Positions 18,704-33,700 of a DNA stretch of 64,000 bases are shown here, one piece after another; the stretch's first letter is position 1, and the number at the start of each line of letters is the position of its first letter. Location of the stretch: NCBI GenBank assembly GCA_043745805.1, contig JAYTSD010000017.1:32001-96000 (forward strand), given 5' to 3'. A model generated the notes under the pieces. The model was not told where the DNA came from, made no database searches, and saw only the letters and a list, made by a program, of their open reading frames with translations. The translations under genes were made by a program, and so were the position numbers. Origin of the DNA: Fibrobacteria bacterium (lineage in GTDB: Bacteria > Fibrobacterota > Fibrobacteria > UBA11236).

Positions 18704-21700
18704 ATGTTGAAGTTTAACGTTAAAATTTACCGATTTTTTGCCATATTGTTTTTTGCCTTTCTAGGTATTCAGTCTGTTTACGCATCCACCCGAACATGGT
18801 CGGGTGGTTCTGGTGTTGATGGCAATTGGCAGACATCGGCTAACTGGGATGTTCTCCCTGTAGCAGGTGACGATTTAATTTTTGCGGGAAGCACGCGCTT
18901 AACTAATGCCAATAATTTTCCGAATGGAACCAGTTTTAAATCAATTACTTTTGCGGTGGGAAGTGGCGCTTGGGTAGTTACAGGTAACGATATTACCTTA
19001 AGTGGTGGTGCAACCGCAATTGCTTATAATTTAACCAGTGCAAACTCTGGCTCCTTAGCTTGTAATATCACTTTTTCTACGACGGCTCCAACCATCACAA
19101 CGGCAGCGAGTGGAACGGGAACATTGACTTTAAGTGGTACTATGGCCACAGCAGGATACACGGTAACCACGGCTGTGAATGGTGCCACCTTAGCATTGAC
19201 CGGAGTGGTAAGTGGCACTGGGGCAATTAGTAAAACAGTTGCTGGAATACTTACTCTTTCGGGTGCAAATACTCTTAGTGGTGGCGTAACAGTTTCGGCC
19301 GGAACCTTGAATATTAATCATAACACCGCGCTAGGAACAGGAACTTTTGCAATTTCTGGTGGCACAATAGACAATACGAGCGGATCGACAGTTACATGTA
19401 CAAATAATAATACGGAGAATATTACTGGTAACATTACTTATACGGGTACAGGTGGAGCAACCCTGGACTTAGGCACAGGAACTTATGGTGATATGGGAGA
19501 TCGTACTTGGACTGTAAGCGCTGGTGTTTTAAAAATGGGCGGACAATTTTGGCATAATAGAAATATGACTAAAAGTGGGAACGGTGAATTGTATTTATAT
19601 GGACCTGGCGATGCTACTTATGGCGGATTCGATTGGCTTTATGGATTTAATGTAACGGCCGGAACACTTACCCTTGTAGGTGCTAGCACGGGAAATATTG
19701 GATCAGGAAATTTAGACGTCCAGAGCGGCGGTACATTAAACATTAATAATAATACGGCTCTTGGTTTGGCAGGAAGTGAAAGATTAAAAATTCATAGTGG
19801 AGCTATAATAGGAAATTCCAGTGGCAGTACCATTACCCTCACAAATAATAATCAATGGAATATGGGCGGTAGCTTTACTTTTCAGGGTCCTAATGATCTT
19901 AACCTAGGAACAGGTGCCGTCACTTGGGGCAATGGTTATACCATTACTACAAGTGCTGGAAATTTAACCATAGGTTCGGTATTAAGCGGTGCTAATTCTT
20001 TGACTAAAGCGGGAGCAGGCAATTTAATACTTTCGGGTGCCAATAGCTATTCCGGCTTAACCACTATTAGTGCAGGAACATTAAAATTAGGAGCAACGGG
20101 TGGCGGAACTAATACTCCATTAGGAACAATTGCAGCAGGAACGGTAGTGTCTGCCACTGGAGCTGCTTTAGATTTAAATGGCTATTCACTCGGTACAGCA
20201 GAAGGTTTAACCCTTAATGGAACGGGTGTTTCTAGTGGTGGGGCATTAACCAATTCCAGTGCTTCCGCAGCAACTTATACCGGAGCCATCGTATTGGGAA
20301 GTGCTAGTAGTATAATTGCTAGTAGTGGAGATATAAATTTAACTACGGGTGGTATTACGGGTGCATTTGGATTAACCCTTGGGGGAACGAGTACCGGAAG
20401 TACAATCACTAGTATTATTGGTAGTGCTGCGGGTACATTATCAAAATCTGGTGCAGGAACATGGGCATTATCTGGAGTAAATACCTTTACTGGGGGCAGT
20501 ACTATTAGTGCTGGAACAATCAGTATTAGTAATGGAAGTAGTTTAGGAGCGCCTTCGGGTGTTAATTTATTAACCTTTACCGGTCCTGGAACATTAGCGG
20601 TTACCTCTGATTTAACTCTTCCTAATAAAATGCTTATCAATCAATCGGCCAGTGCTTCTACAATGACTATTGATGTTGCTTCGGGAATTACTCTGACTAC
20701 CGTGGGAAATATTCGTTCGGACCAAACTGGAAATATTAATTATAAAACCGGTACGGGTACATGGATTAGTAGTTCAGATTGTAGCTATTGTGATAATGGT
20801 TTTTTTATTCAAGCGGGAACTTTTGAAGCGCAAGTTAATAATGCATTTGGTGATATTAGTACCGATTTAATTACCATGGCGGCCAATACTACCCTTCGTT
20901 TAACGACCGATGCGACGGTAAATTTTCAAGCGGGAATAAAAATTAACGGATCAGGGGTAAATATTATTGAGAATCGTATTACTTCGGGTGCAGCGGTTAC
21001 TAATACTGTAAGCAAGTTAGTGGTGAATGGTGCCTATACTGTAAATTTTAGTGCGGGTACAAATGTAACAAGTGGAACGCCTGGATTAACCTTTAGTAAT
21101 GCGAATACTTTGGCCGGAGCCACCATACTTGATGTCGCGAATTCTCCGGCGAGCATGTTGGTGACTTATAGTAGTACTATTACGGGCACGGCAACCAATC
21201 TTACTGTGCAAGGCGCTGGAAATACTACTATAACTGGTGCGATTGCTATTACGAGTGGAACTTTAACTAAGGCGGGAACAGGCACTCTTATTTTGGGTGG
21301 GAACAGTACTTATACTGGCCTCACCACAATCAGTGCAGGAACCCTTAAACTAGGCGCGACTGGTGATGCCACTAATACACCGTTAGGTACAACAGGTGCT
21401 GGAACCGTTGTTTCAGCAACGGGTGCCGCTTTGGATTTAAATGGTTTTTCCTTGGGAACGGCCGAAGGTTTAACCCTCAATGGTACTGGGGTTTCGAGTG
21501 GAGGTGCTTTAACCAATGGTTCGGGAACAGCGGCTACTTACACTGGCGCGCTTGTGTTAGGTAGTGCTAGTACCATACTTTCTAATAGTGGAAATATTGT
21601 ATTGACAACGGGTGGTATTACCGGAGCTTTTGCTTTAACCTTGGATGGAAGTAATGCTGCTAGCAGTATCAGTGGTGTAATAGGTATTGGTGCTGGTACA

Positions 21701-24700
21701 GTAACTAAAGCGGGTACAGGAACGTGGACTCTTTTGGGTGCAAATACCTATTCAGGTGCCACCGCGGTCAATGCTGGATCCTTGGCGGCAGGTGTAGTCT
21801 CAGTGGCGAATACCAGTGGTGCCTTTGGAAATAATTCCGCTGTGACCATGGCCAACGTAGCGTCTACGGTACTTAATATTACTGGTTTTAATACTCAAAT
21901 TGGTTCTCTCACTGGTGGCGGTGGTACGGGTGGAAATGTAACTTTGGGAGCAGCCACCCTTTCCATAGGTGGTGATAATTCAAGTCCTTCGGCTTATGCG
22001 GGAGTTATTTCCGGCACCGGAGCTTTGACTAAAATTGGATCGGGTTCATTAACACTTTCCGGTACCAACACTTACACCGGCGCATCGACCATCAGTGCTG
22101 GTACACTGCTTGTTACGGGATCAACTTCTTCAGGCGCAGTTTCGGTTACGGGAACTCTTGGTGGATCGGGTTCCATGGCTGGCGCCTTAACAGTCAATAA
22201 TGGCGGTACTATTCAATTGAGTGCGGCCAGCTCAACCCTTACATTATCAAGTGCGACCACGCCAACATTTACCGCAACATCGACTCTTACGATTTATGCC
22301 ACTGCTTCCACTTTAGACAAAGTCTCCTTGACCCATGCTACACCAACCTTTGCAGCTGGTAATGTTGCTCTCAACGTAGATGCTACAGGACTTACCGGAA
22401 CTGTTACTGGTGTTACTATTGTGCAAACCACAAATGCCTCAGGAGTTACTGGCACATTCTCATCAATTACCTGTAATAATGGGTATACCGCAACTCCGCA
22501 TTATAATGCAGCAACTATTACGCTTGACATAACCGTAAGCCCAATGAAAAAATACTGGACGGGATCGGGCACTTGGAATGCTGCGAATACAAATTGGGCA
22601 ACCTCATCGGGTGGCACCTATAATCAAACCTTTGTTGCGGGTGATACAGCAGTCTTTGAAGGAACTGCGGGCACGGTTACTGTATCGTCTCCTAATAATC
22701 CTGGAGGCATCATTTTCAATGTGGCAGGTTATACTGTGAGCAGTGGAACTATTACTATGGCCAATAATCCCACTGTTATCACGGCTACACAATCGGGAAC
22801 TATCAATTCAATTCTTGCGGGTGCAGTAGGCATGACCAAGAATGGAGCCAATACATTGACATTAGGCGGATCCAGTACTTATACCGGAACTACAACTATT
22901 AGCGTGGGAACACTTAAACTAGGTGCAACGGGTGATGCGACAAACACCCCACTTGGAACAACCGGTGCAGGGACAAGTGTTACTTCAGGCGCAGCATTGG
23001 ATTTAGGTGGATTTGCTTTAGGAACTGCCGAAGCCTTAACTCTTAATGGGACAGGGGTTTCGAGTGGTGGCGCTTTAATGAATTCAGGTGCAGCAACTAC
23101 TTATAGTGGTTTAGTAACTCTTGGAAGTACGGGTGTCAGTATCCTAGGGGGAACTGGAACCATTGCTTTAAGTAATGTAGGTACTATCACAGGCTCTGGA
23201 TTTACATTAGCTCTGGGTGGTGCTCAGGGTGGTAGTATTACCAGTATAATCGGTACTGGTGCAGGAACAGTAACAAAACAAGACGCAGGGACATGGACGC
23301 TCTCAGGATCTAGTACCTATACTGGCCTTACTACTGTTAGTGCAGGAACACTAAAATTAGGTGCAACCGGTGGCGCAACCAACACTCCATTGGGAACAAC
23401 AGGTGCAGGCACAAGTGTTACTGCTGGCGCCGCATTGGATTTAGGTGGATTTGCTTTAGGAACTGCCGAAGCTCTTACCCTTAATGGCACAGGGTTATCG
23501 AGTGGTGGTGCGTTAATGAATTCTGGCGCGGCAACAACTTATAGCGGTTTGGTGACACTTGGAAGTACCGGTGTCAGCATAATGGGCGGAACAGGAACCA
23601 TTGCTTTAAGTAATGTGGGTACGATTACAGGTTCAGGCTATGCTTTGACTTTAGGTGGTGCGCAAGGTGGAAGTATAACTAGTATTATTGGTACCGTTGC
23701 AGGTACGATAACCAAACAAGATGCAGGGACTTGGACATTATCTGGAGCAAGTACATATACAGGTGCGACCACAGTTAATGGTGGAACTTTGGCCGCTGGT
23801 GTCATTACCAATGCATTTGGAAGTAACTCAGCTGTAACAATGGCAGATGTGGCAGGAGCAATTTTAAATATTACTGGTTATGCAAATACAATTGGCTCAG
23901 TAACAGGAGGTGGAACCACCGGTGGTAATGTAAATTTAGGAGCGGCCATCCTTACCGTTGGGGGTGACAATACAAGCCCTGCGGCTTATGCAGGTGTCAT
24001 ATCAGGTACTGGAGATATTACCAAAACTGGTTCCGGAACTCTTTCGCTTTCAGGAACTAACACTTATAGCGGGACAACAACTATAAGTGCAGGTATTGCT
24101 TCGGCTGTTGGAACCACCTCGGCTTTTGGAACTTCATTATTAAAACCCAATGGAGGTACGATTCAGGTTTTGAATAATGGAGCTGGAAATAATGGTACTA
24201 TTACATTTACTAATAATATTACTCTCAATTCCACTAATACGGGCACTTTTGATGTCAATAATAATGGATCGAATACCGGTAATACTGTTGTTTTTTCCAG
24301 TGCCACTACTAATTTTGGAAATGGACAACTGAATTTTACTGGAGGCAATTCCTATAATGTTCAAATTACCACTTTCAAATTGGGTGCAGGAACTGGAGCC
24401 GGTACTACAATATTAAATCCTACTACGGCAAATATTTACATTTCCACGATTACTTCTACAACTGGATGGGTTCACACACTGCAATTAGACGGAACAAGCA
24501 GTGGAAATATAGTTTCGGGAGTATTCTCGGATGGAAGTTCAGTAGGACCCGTAAATAAAACGAATACCAGTACTTGGATATTAAGTGGGGCTAACACTAA
24601 TACCGGTGCAATTACCGTTACAGCGGGGACTTTGCAAATTGGAAATGCAGGAACTACAGGCTCTCTTTCTACAACGTCTACCATTGCCAATAATGCGACC

Positions 24701-27700
24701 TTAACCTTTAATCGCACGAACACAATCACCCAAGGTACGGATTTTGTATCCGTTATTTCAGGTTCTGGTGCCTTGATCCAAAATGGTAGTGGTGGAACTT
24801 TAGTTTTAAATGGATCAAATACTTATACCGGCGCTACCACCGTAAGTGCTGGAACTCTCAAATTAGGTGCAACTGGCGGTGGAACCAATACGCCACTGGG
24901 GACAACCGGTGCGGGAACAAGTGTTACCGCAGGCGCCACTTTGGATTTAGCTGGATACGCACTTGGAACTGCCGAGGCATTAACATTAAATGGAACAGGT
25001 ATTTCCAGCGGTGGTGCTTTAATGAACTCTGGTGCTGCGACTACATACAGTGGATTAGTAACACTGGGAAGCACAGGGGTGAGTATACTTGGTGGAACAG
25101 GAACTATTGCTTTAAGCAATGTCGGTACTATAACAGGTTCAGGATATGCATTAACCTTGGGCGGTGCTCAAGGTGGAAGCATCACTAGTATAATTGGTAC
25201 TGTAGCAGGTACGGTAACAAAACAGGATGCAGGGATATGGACGCTTTCTGGATCAAATACTTATACCGGTCTTACCACTATAAGTGCAGGAACCCTCAAA
25301 TTAGGGGCAACAGGTGATGCAACAAATACACCATTAGGGACAACTGGATCTGGGACAAGTGTTACCTCGGGCGCGGCTTTAGATTTAGCGGGCTATGCAT
25401 TAGGCGCAGCGGAAGCCTTAACGCTAAATGGAACAGGCGTTTCCAGTGGCGGTGCATTAACCAATAGCTCTGGCACGGCAGCGACTTATACGGGAGCCAT
25501 AGTTTTGGGAAGTGCTAGTTCAATTGTATCAAGTAGTGGAGATATTAATTTAATTACTGGAGGGATTACCGGGGCCTTCGGGTTAACTCTGAGTGGAACC
25601 AATACGGCAAGCACCGTAACGAGTGTCATCGGCATCGGTGCCGGTACACTCACTAAATCTGGAACAGGAACGTGGACATTATCCGGTATAAATACATATA
25701 CCGGTGCCACGGCAGTCAATGCCGGAACTTTAGCAGCAGGGGTAGTTTCGGTGGCGAATACCAGTGGTGCTTTTGGAAATAACTCCGCTGTTACCATGGC
25801 GAATGTGGCGTCTACTGTACTTAATATTACAGGTTACAATACTCAAATAGGTTCGCTTACTGGCGGTGGTGCAACAGGGGGTAATGTAACCTTGGGTGCA
25901 GCTACACTTACGGTAGGTGGGGATAATACTAGCCCATCAGCTTATGCAGGTGTGATTTCGGGAACTGGGGCCATGACTAAAATTGGAACTGGCACAATAA
26001 CTTTAGGTGGTGCAAACACGTATACCGGTGCCACAACTGTGAATGCAGGATCCTTGGCGGCAGGTGTAGCCTCAGTGGCGAATACCAGTGGTGCCTTTGG
26101 AAATAACTCTGCCGTTACCATGGCAAATGTAGCAACGGCTATACTTAATATTACAGGTTACAGTACTCAAGTTGGTTCACTTACTGGCGGCGGAGGTACA
26201 GGAGGTAATGTAACTTTGGGCGCAGCCACACTTTCGGTAGGTGGTGATAATACTACCCCTGCAGCATACGCCGGCGTAATTTCGGGAACTGGTGGATTCA
26301 CTAAGATTGGAACGGGCACAATAACTTTATCCGGTGCCAATACCTATTCTGGAGCAACGACGGTAAGTGTCGGATCCTTGGCGGCAGGTATAGCCTCAGT
26401 GGCGAATACCAGTGGTGCCTTTGGAAATAACTCTGCCGTTACCATGGCAAATGTAGCAACGGCTATACTTAATATTACAGGTTACAATACTCAAGTAGGT
26501 TCACTCACTGGCGGTGGAGGTACTGGAGGTAATGTAACCTTGGGTGCAGTCACACTTTCTGTTGGTGGCGATAATACTAGCCCGGCCGCATATGCTGGAG
26601 TAATTTCGGGAACAGGGGCCCTTACAAAAATTGGAACAGGTACCTTTATTGTTTCAGGATCCAATACTTTTTCGGGTGTTACCACGGTGAGTGCAGGAAC
26701 ACTAAAGCTTGGGGCAGCGGGTGGTGTTACCAACACACCACTAGGAACTACTGCTGGGATAACAAGTGTTACCTCAGGTGCCGCATTGGATTTAGGGGGA
26801 TTTGCCCTTGGCACCGCCGAGGCCTTAACCCTTAATGGTACTGGTATTTCGAGTGGTGGCGCATTAATGAATTCGGGTGCGGCGACTACCTATAGCGGTT
26901 TAGTAACGCTTGGAAGTACCGGAGTTAGTATTCTTGGCGGAACGGGAACAATCGCTTTAAGTAATGTTGGCACTATTACCGGTTCAGGGTATGCTTTAAC
27001 TTTGGGTGGTACTCAGGGTGGAAGTATTATCAGTATCATCGGCACGGGCACGGGAACCTTGAGCAAACAGGATGCTGGAACTTGGACCTTGTCGGGAGCG
27101 AATACTTATGCCGGCGCGACGGCAGTCAATGCTGGAACATTAGCGGCAGGTGTAGTCTCAGTGGCTAATACCAGCGGTGCTTTTGGAAATAACTCTGCGA
27201 TTACGATGGCCAATGTAGCGTCCACGGTACTGAATATTACAGGTTACAATACGCAAATTGGTTCTCTCACAGGTGGCGGTGCTACTGGCGGAAATATAAC
27301 TTTGGGAGCTGCTACACTTTCGATAGGTGGGGATAATACGAGTCCATCGGTTTATGCTGGAGTAATATCTGGTACGGGAACTTTAACTAAAATTGGGACA
27401 GGGACATTTATTATTTCAGGTTCCAACACCTACTCAGGAACAACTACCATTAGTGCCGGTACTTTAAAACTAGGTGCAACAGGTGATGCTACGAATACTC
27501 CGCTAGGAACAATAGGCGCAGGCACAGTTGTTTCAGCAACTGCTGCGGCATTGGACTTGAATGGTTATTCGCTGGGTACAGCGGAAGGCCTAACACTCAA
27601 TGGAACCGGTGTTTCCAGCGGTGGTGCTTTAACCAATAGCTCAGCATCGGCAGTAACTTATACTGGAGCAATTGTACTCGGAAGTGCTAGTAGTATCGTT

Positions 27701-30700
27701 GCGAGTAGCGGGGATATCGCCTTAACCACAGGTGGCATAACGGGTGCTTTTGGTTTAACCCTGGATGGAACCAGTACAGGGAGTACGGTTACAAGTGTAA
27801 TAGGTACCGGCGCAGGTACGTTAACAAAAGCAGGTGCAGGTAATTGGATTCTTTCCGGATCGAATACTTATACCGGTCTTACTACAATTAGTGTGGGTAC
27901 GCTTAAGTTAGGCGCAGCGGGCGGCGCAACGAATACGCCATTGGGAACGGTGGCTGCGGGAACCGTGGTTTCGGCTACAGCTGCCGCTTTAGATTTGAAT
28001 GGTTATTCATTGGGTACGGCGGAAGGCCTAACCATTAATGGAACCGGTGTATCGAGCGGTGGTGCTTTAACGAATGGATCTGCCTCAGCGGTTGCTTTCA
28101 CTGGAACCATTGCATTAGGTAGTGCAAGTACTATTGCCTCGAATAGTGGAAATATTGTACTTACCACCGGAAATATAACAGGTGCATTCGCTTTAACACT
28201 TACAGGTAGTAATACTGCTAGCAGTATTTCCAATGTAATTGCTATTGGTGCAGGCACTATTACAAAATCCGGTGCTGGAACATGGACTTTATCTGGAACA
28301 AATACTTTTACCGGTTTGACCACGGTTAGTGCTGGAACATTTAATCTTACGGGATCGTTAGGATCGGGCGCTGGTTTAACTGTGAGTGCAGGTGCAGTAA
28401 CAGGTACAGGTACAGTAACAGGTACTGTAACTATTGCCAATGGAGCTACTGTTGCACCAGGCGCTTCCGGCATTGGCACATTAAATACCGGAGCCACCGT
28501 TTTAAATAATACTACGACACTCACTTACACTTTAGGAATTAGCCGCTCAAAAATTGTAGCGACTGGTAATCTTACTTTGGATGGGACTATTAATGTTACC
28601 GCCGGATCAGATTTCGCTCCTGGCAGCTATCCGATCTTAACGTATACGGGAACATTAACCAATAATACCTTGGATGTAGGAACTGTACCTGACGGTTATT
28701 TTGGAACGGTTACGGCTTCGGCAGGTACGGTTTATTTGAATTTAGCGAATTATTCCGGTTGGACTTATGTTACCACGATTAATTTTAATACCACCTCTAC
28801 AGGAGCGAATGTGTCTGGCAATGTGACTAGTTTCCCTATGCTTATTCGCCTTGATTCTAATAATTTCATTTTTGATCAAGCCATGAGTGATGGCCGTGAT
28901 ATCCGTTTTTCGGATGCCGATGGTAGCCCCTTAGTCTATGAAATTGAACGCTGGAGCAGTACTTTAAAAAAAGCTGAAATCTGGGTTTTAGTGCCGCAAG
29001 TGGATGGCAATTCAAAAAGTGATTTTATTAATTTTTACTGGGGTAACTCTTCGGCTACTGCCATGACCAGTAGTGTTAAAGTTTTTGCTTCCACCGCGGG
29101 TTTTGCAGGGGTTTGGCATTTGAATGCTGCCTTTGCCGATGCTTCCTCGAATGTTAATAATGGAACGAATAGTAGTTCCAGCGATACGACTGGTATTATT
29201 GGAAGAGCTCGCGACTTTGCAGTGGGATCGTCTCAGTATGTGGAAGTGCCTTATGCAGCTTCATTAGATTTGTCTAGTTTTACCTTTTCCGCATGGACCA
29301 AGTTAACGACTCCGGGTTCAAATCGTGGAATTATTTCATCATTGTTTGGTGGAAATTATACCTTTGACGCCCAATTACATAACGCTACAGGGATGCATGG
29401 CGATATTGGAAATGGAAGTTCATTTTTAACTTCCGCAGCAGACTATACCACTACTTTAAATGCAGGAGATTGGAATTATGTGACCTGGACTGGAACGGTG
29501 AATGCATGGCAAGTTTACTTGAATGGTGCCTTGGTAGCGAATAGCACTTATGTAGGTACACCCGAATTTATGAAAAGTGGAGAAACACTTCGTATTGGAC
29601 AAACATCTTCCTCAGGATACTTTAGCGGAAGCATTGATGAACCGCGTGTGGATAATGTGGTTCGCAATGCGGATTGGGTTAAATTATCGTATGCGACGCA
29701 AAGATTGAATACTACCACAGTTAATTTTCCCAATACTACTCTTTCTACCTTTGCCTATTCTTCCAAAATTTATGTTAACACCTCGGGGTCGGGTGCCAAT
29801 ATTACCACGGGCCAAACGAATTTTCCACTATTGGTAAGACTATCAAAAGCAAATTTTGATTTCAGTCAAGCGAAAACCGATGGCGGTGACCTGCGCTTTG
29901 CCGATAGCACAGGCGTCCTACTCTCCTATGAAATAGAACGTTTTGATGCTACAAATAAGTTAGCCGAAATTTGGGTATTAATGCCAACCGTAGCGGGAAA
30001 TAATAATTCCCAATGGTTAAAAATGTATTGGGGTAAATCAACCGCTACAAGTTTATCTTCGAGTGGTTCGGTATTTAATTCCACTAATAGTTATAATGGC
30101 GTTTGGCATTTAAAAGAAGATGGTAATACCACTGCAGGTGGTTATGTCGATGCTACACCTTATGGCAATAATGGTACAGGTACGGCATTTACAAATACAT
30201 CTGATGTTACCGGTAATATTGGTATTGGACAAACTTTTACAGGCAGCACTTGGATTGATTGCGGAGGTGGATCGACAGGTTCATCTTTGCATTTTGGTAC
30301 GGCCTATACACTGGAAACTTGGGTAAAAGCCTCCTCAAATGCAAGCAATGATAAAATCTTAATCAAAGCAGCCGCTGCTACAAATACATCCCCTTATCGC
30401 GAATATGAATTGTCCATGCAAACTGCAACTTTTGAAGGGGATGTAACCACTAGTGGATCGGCTTCAACTGTAAATTCCACCACGGCTCCAGCCCTTAGTA
30501 CTTGGTATCATGTGGCCTCTACTTATGATGGAACCAATATTAAAATGTATGTAAATGGAGTTTTAGAAGCCAGTGTTGCCAAATCTGGTGCTCCAAATGA
30601 TTATGCGCGGGCCCTTTGGATTGGAACCGTGGAAGGGAATCATGCTTTAGCCTTCCATGGAATAATTGATGAAGTTAGAGTGGGGAATGCGGCTAGGACG

Positions 30701-33700
30701 GCCGATTGGATTAAACTGAGTTATGAAACACAAAAATCAGGCGCCACCGCAGTTCAATTAGGACAAAGACCAATTGATTTCACAAACTCCACGCGTTTTA
30801 ATTTTAACACCACGGTTACAGGTGCGAATGTTTCGGGAAATGTAACCAATATACCAATACTGATTAATCTAACGTCCTCTAATTTTGATTTTTCCAAGAC
30901 GACCAATACTGGAACCGATATTCAATTCGTCGATAGAGATGGAAGCTATTTATACCATGAAATCGTTGACTGGGATAAAGGAAATAGCACTGGAAAAGTA
31001 TGGGTTAAAGTTCCCCAAGTCGATGGTAATCTCAGTACTGATTTTATTACTTTATATTATGGTTGCTCGGCTTGTACCGCGAGTCCTTATGCCGTTAAGG
31101 ATTCCGTATGGAGTGGTTACAAATCAGTTTTCCATTTGAATGCCCCCGAAGATTTAGCCTATGATGCAACCACCTTAGCTAATCATGGGGCGTATGCCGA
31201 TAATCAATCCAATGTCACCGGTTTAACTGGAAAAAATGCGCTTAACTTCAATGGCACCTCAAATAAAATTGATGTTCCCAATGAAAGTAATTATGACTTT
31301 ACGACTAATATGACAGTATCCGCATGGGTCAAGGTGACTACCTTGACAAAGGCTTGGCAGGCCATTGTAACCAAGGGCGATGGTTCATGGCGTATCATGC
31401 GGAATAATCAAACTAATGGTGCTGAGTTCTCATTAACTAATGGTTCAAATTATGATGCGGCGGGATCTACTAGTATTAATGATGGCAATTGGCATATGTT
31501 AACCGGAACCTATGATGGCACCACTGCAAAATTGTATGTGGATGGCGCGCAAGATGCCTCTTTGGCTGGGCCGGCTAGCATTGCGAATGGTTCTTATGAT
31601 GTAATGATAGGGGAAAATAAGCAAACTACGGGTCGATATTGGGATGGAAATATTAGCGAAGTACGTTTAGCCAATTCCGCAATTGTACAATCTGCGGATT
31701 TCATTAAGCTCAGTTATGAAAATCAAAAATCCACTAGTACACTTTTTTCCACCACAACTTTTTCTACGGCTTCATTCCAAAAGAGTAAAAAATATCAATT
31801 CAATACTACGGCGTCGGGCGCAAATGTTTCTGGCGATATTTATAGTTTTCCAACCTTAATACGAGTGAATACGAATGCGGCTGGGACAGCCACTCCCATT
31901 GTAGATTTAACTCAATCGGCGGGACAAGATATTCGTTTCTTAGCTTCGGACGGGGTAACTTGGTTAGATTATCAAATTGAAAGATGGGATCCTACTCTTG
32001 ACAGTGGCGAAGTATGGGTTAAAGTTCCTGTGATTCATGGAAATAGCAATGCCGATTTTATCACGATGTATTATCAACAAGCTTCAGGCGTTACTGTACC
32101 CGATGGACAATGTGCCTCTTGTGTCTTTAGTAGTTATAAAGCAGTATATCATTTAAGCGAAAGTCCTGGCGGTTCGGCACCACAATTTACGGATTTGTCA
32201 GGCAATGCCAATCATGGAACGGCACAGGGGGGTGTCTCGGGGGATAAAGTTTCTGCCGATATAGGAACAGGATATCAGCTCAATGGAACTAGTAAATATA
32301 TTAGTACAACCACCCAGTTTACAAATATCAATACATTTACCAATGGGCTATGGTTTAAAACGACGTCTACCACAGGAGGTATGTTATTCGGTTGGGACGG
32401 TGGTCAGGTTGCTTATTCAGGAAGTCATGATAGACATTTGTGGATGGATAATACAGGTAAATTGAATTTTGGAACTTATAATGGTTCATTTCAAAATATT
32501 GCTTCTACGGCTGCCTATAATGATGGCAATTGGCATTATGCCGTAGGTCGCCTCTCTTTAGCGGGTGAATTTCTCTATGTGGATGGCGCTTCGGTTGCTT
32601 CTAATACGGCTTATACCATTGGTGAAAATACCAGTGCATACTGGCGTTTTGGATATGGAAATACTGACTGGAGTCCCACGCCCACATCCAAATATATAAA
32701 TGGAACGCTAGATGAAATTACGGTTTCACATAATGAGCTGAGTGCTGACTGGATAAAATTGGCTTATCAAAATCAAAGGCGAGATGCAAATTCCTTATTT
32801 AATCCCAGCCCAAGCGATTTTCAAAAAACCAAAAAGTTTGTTTTCAATACCACAAAAACAGGTGCCAATATCATGGACAGTGTCACCAACTTTCCTGTGC
32901 TGGTAAGATTTACAGATGCGGATGCAGGACTGTTAAGTTTAGTGCAATCGGGTGCGCCCGATATTCGTTTCTTAGATGGGGATGGAAAAACCTGGCTTAA
33001 TTATCAAGTTGAACGATGGAGTACCGCTACGTCACCGGACTCAGCAGAAATCTGGGTGAAGGTTCCGCAAGTCGATGGAAACAGCGATCATGATTTCATC
33101 ACCATGTATTATCAACAGGCCACAGGGGTTACGGTAGCTGATGGGCAATGCGCCTCTTGTGTTTTTGATACCGCCAATGGATATAAAGCTGTTTATCACT
33201 TAGGAGAAGCCGCGAACACAACTGCGGGTGGATATGCCGATGCGACCCTAAACGCCTATAATGGAACCGGTAGTAGTATGAGCAACACTGCTGTTGCAGG
33301 TGTCATTGGTAAAGCCCAAAGTTTAAATGGATCTTCGGATTATATCTCCGCATCAGGAAAAGCCGTTGTATTAGGGGCTGCGGCTCGTACTTTTTCCATT
33401 TGGGCGAATGTTACGGGATTTTCGGGAGTAAATACCAATGATGGAGCATTGTTTCAGGGTGGTAAAACAGGTGCATCCGCTGGGAAAGATTTCACATTTA
33501 GAGTGGCTGGAAATACCGATGATAATTTCCAAATGAATTATTGGACCACCAATGTTCCAGTTACGGTAACTGGTGCAAAAAATAATTGGAAAAATTTTGT
33601 GATGAATTATTCAGGAACGCGTTCCCAGCTTTGGGTAAACGGAGTTTTAACATTGGATACCGCAGTGACTCTGAGTACCGACACCAATACCACAGGCCCG

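Noticed and set aside
20030-28300. Repeats as a CRISPR array or DGR template/variable repeat pair
   Set aside because: The repeats are in-frame coding modules differing mostly at synonymous sites. There are no spacers, no cas or reverse transcriptase gene, and no adenine-specific variation was evident.
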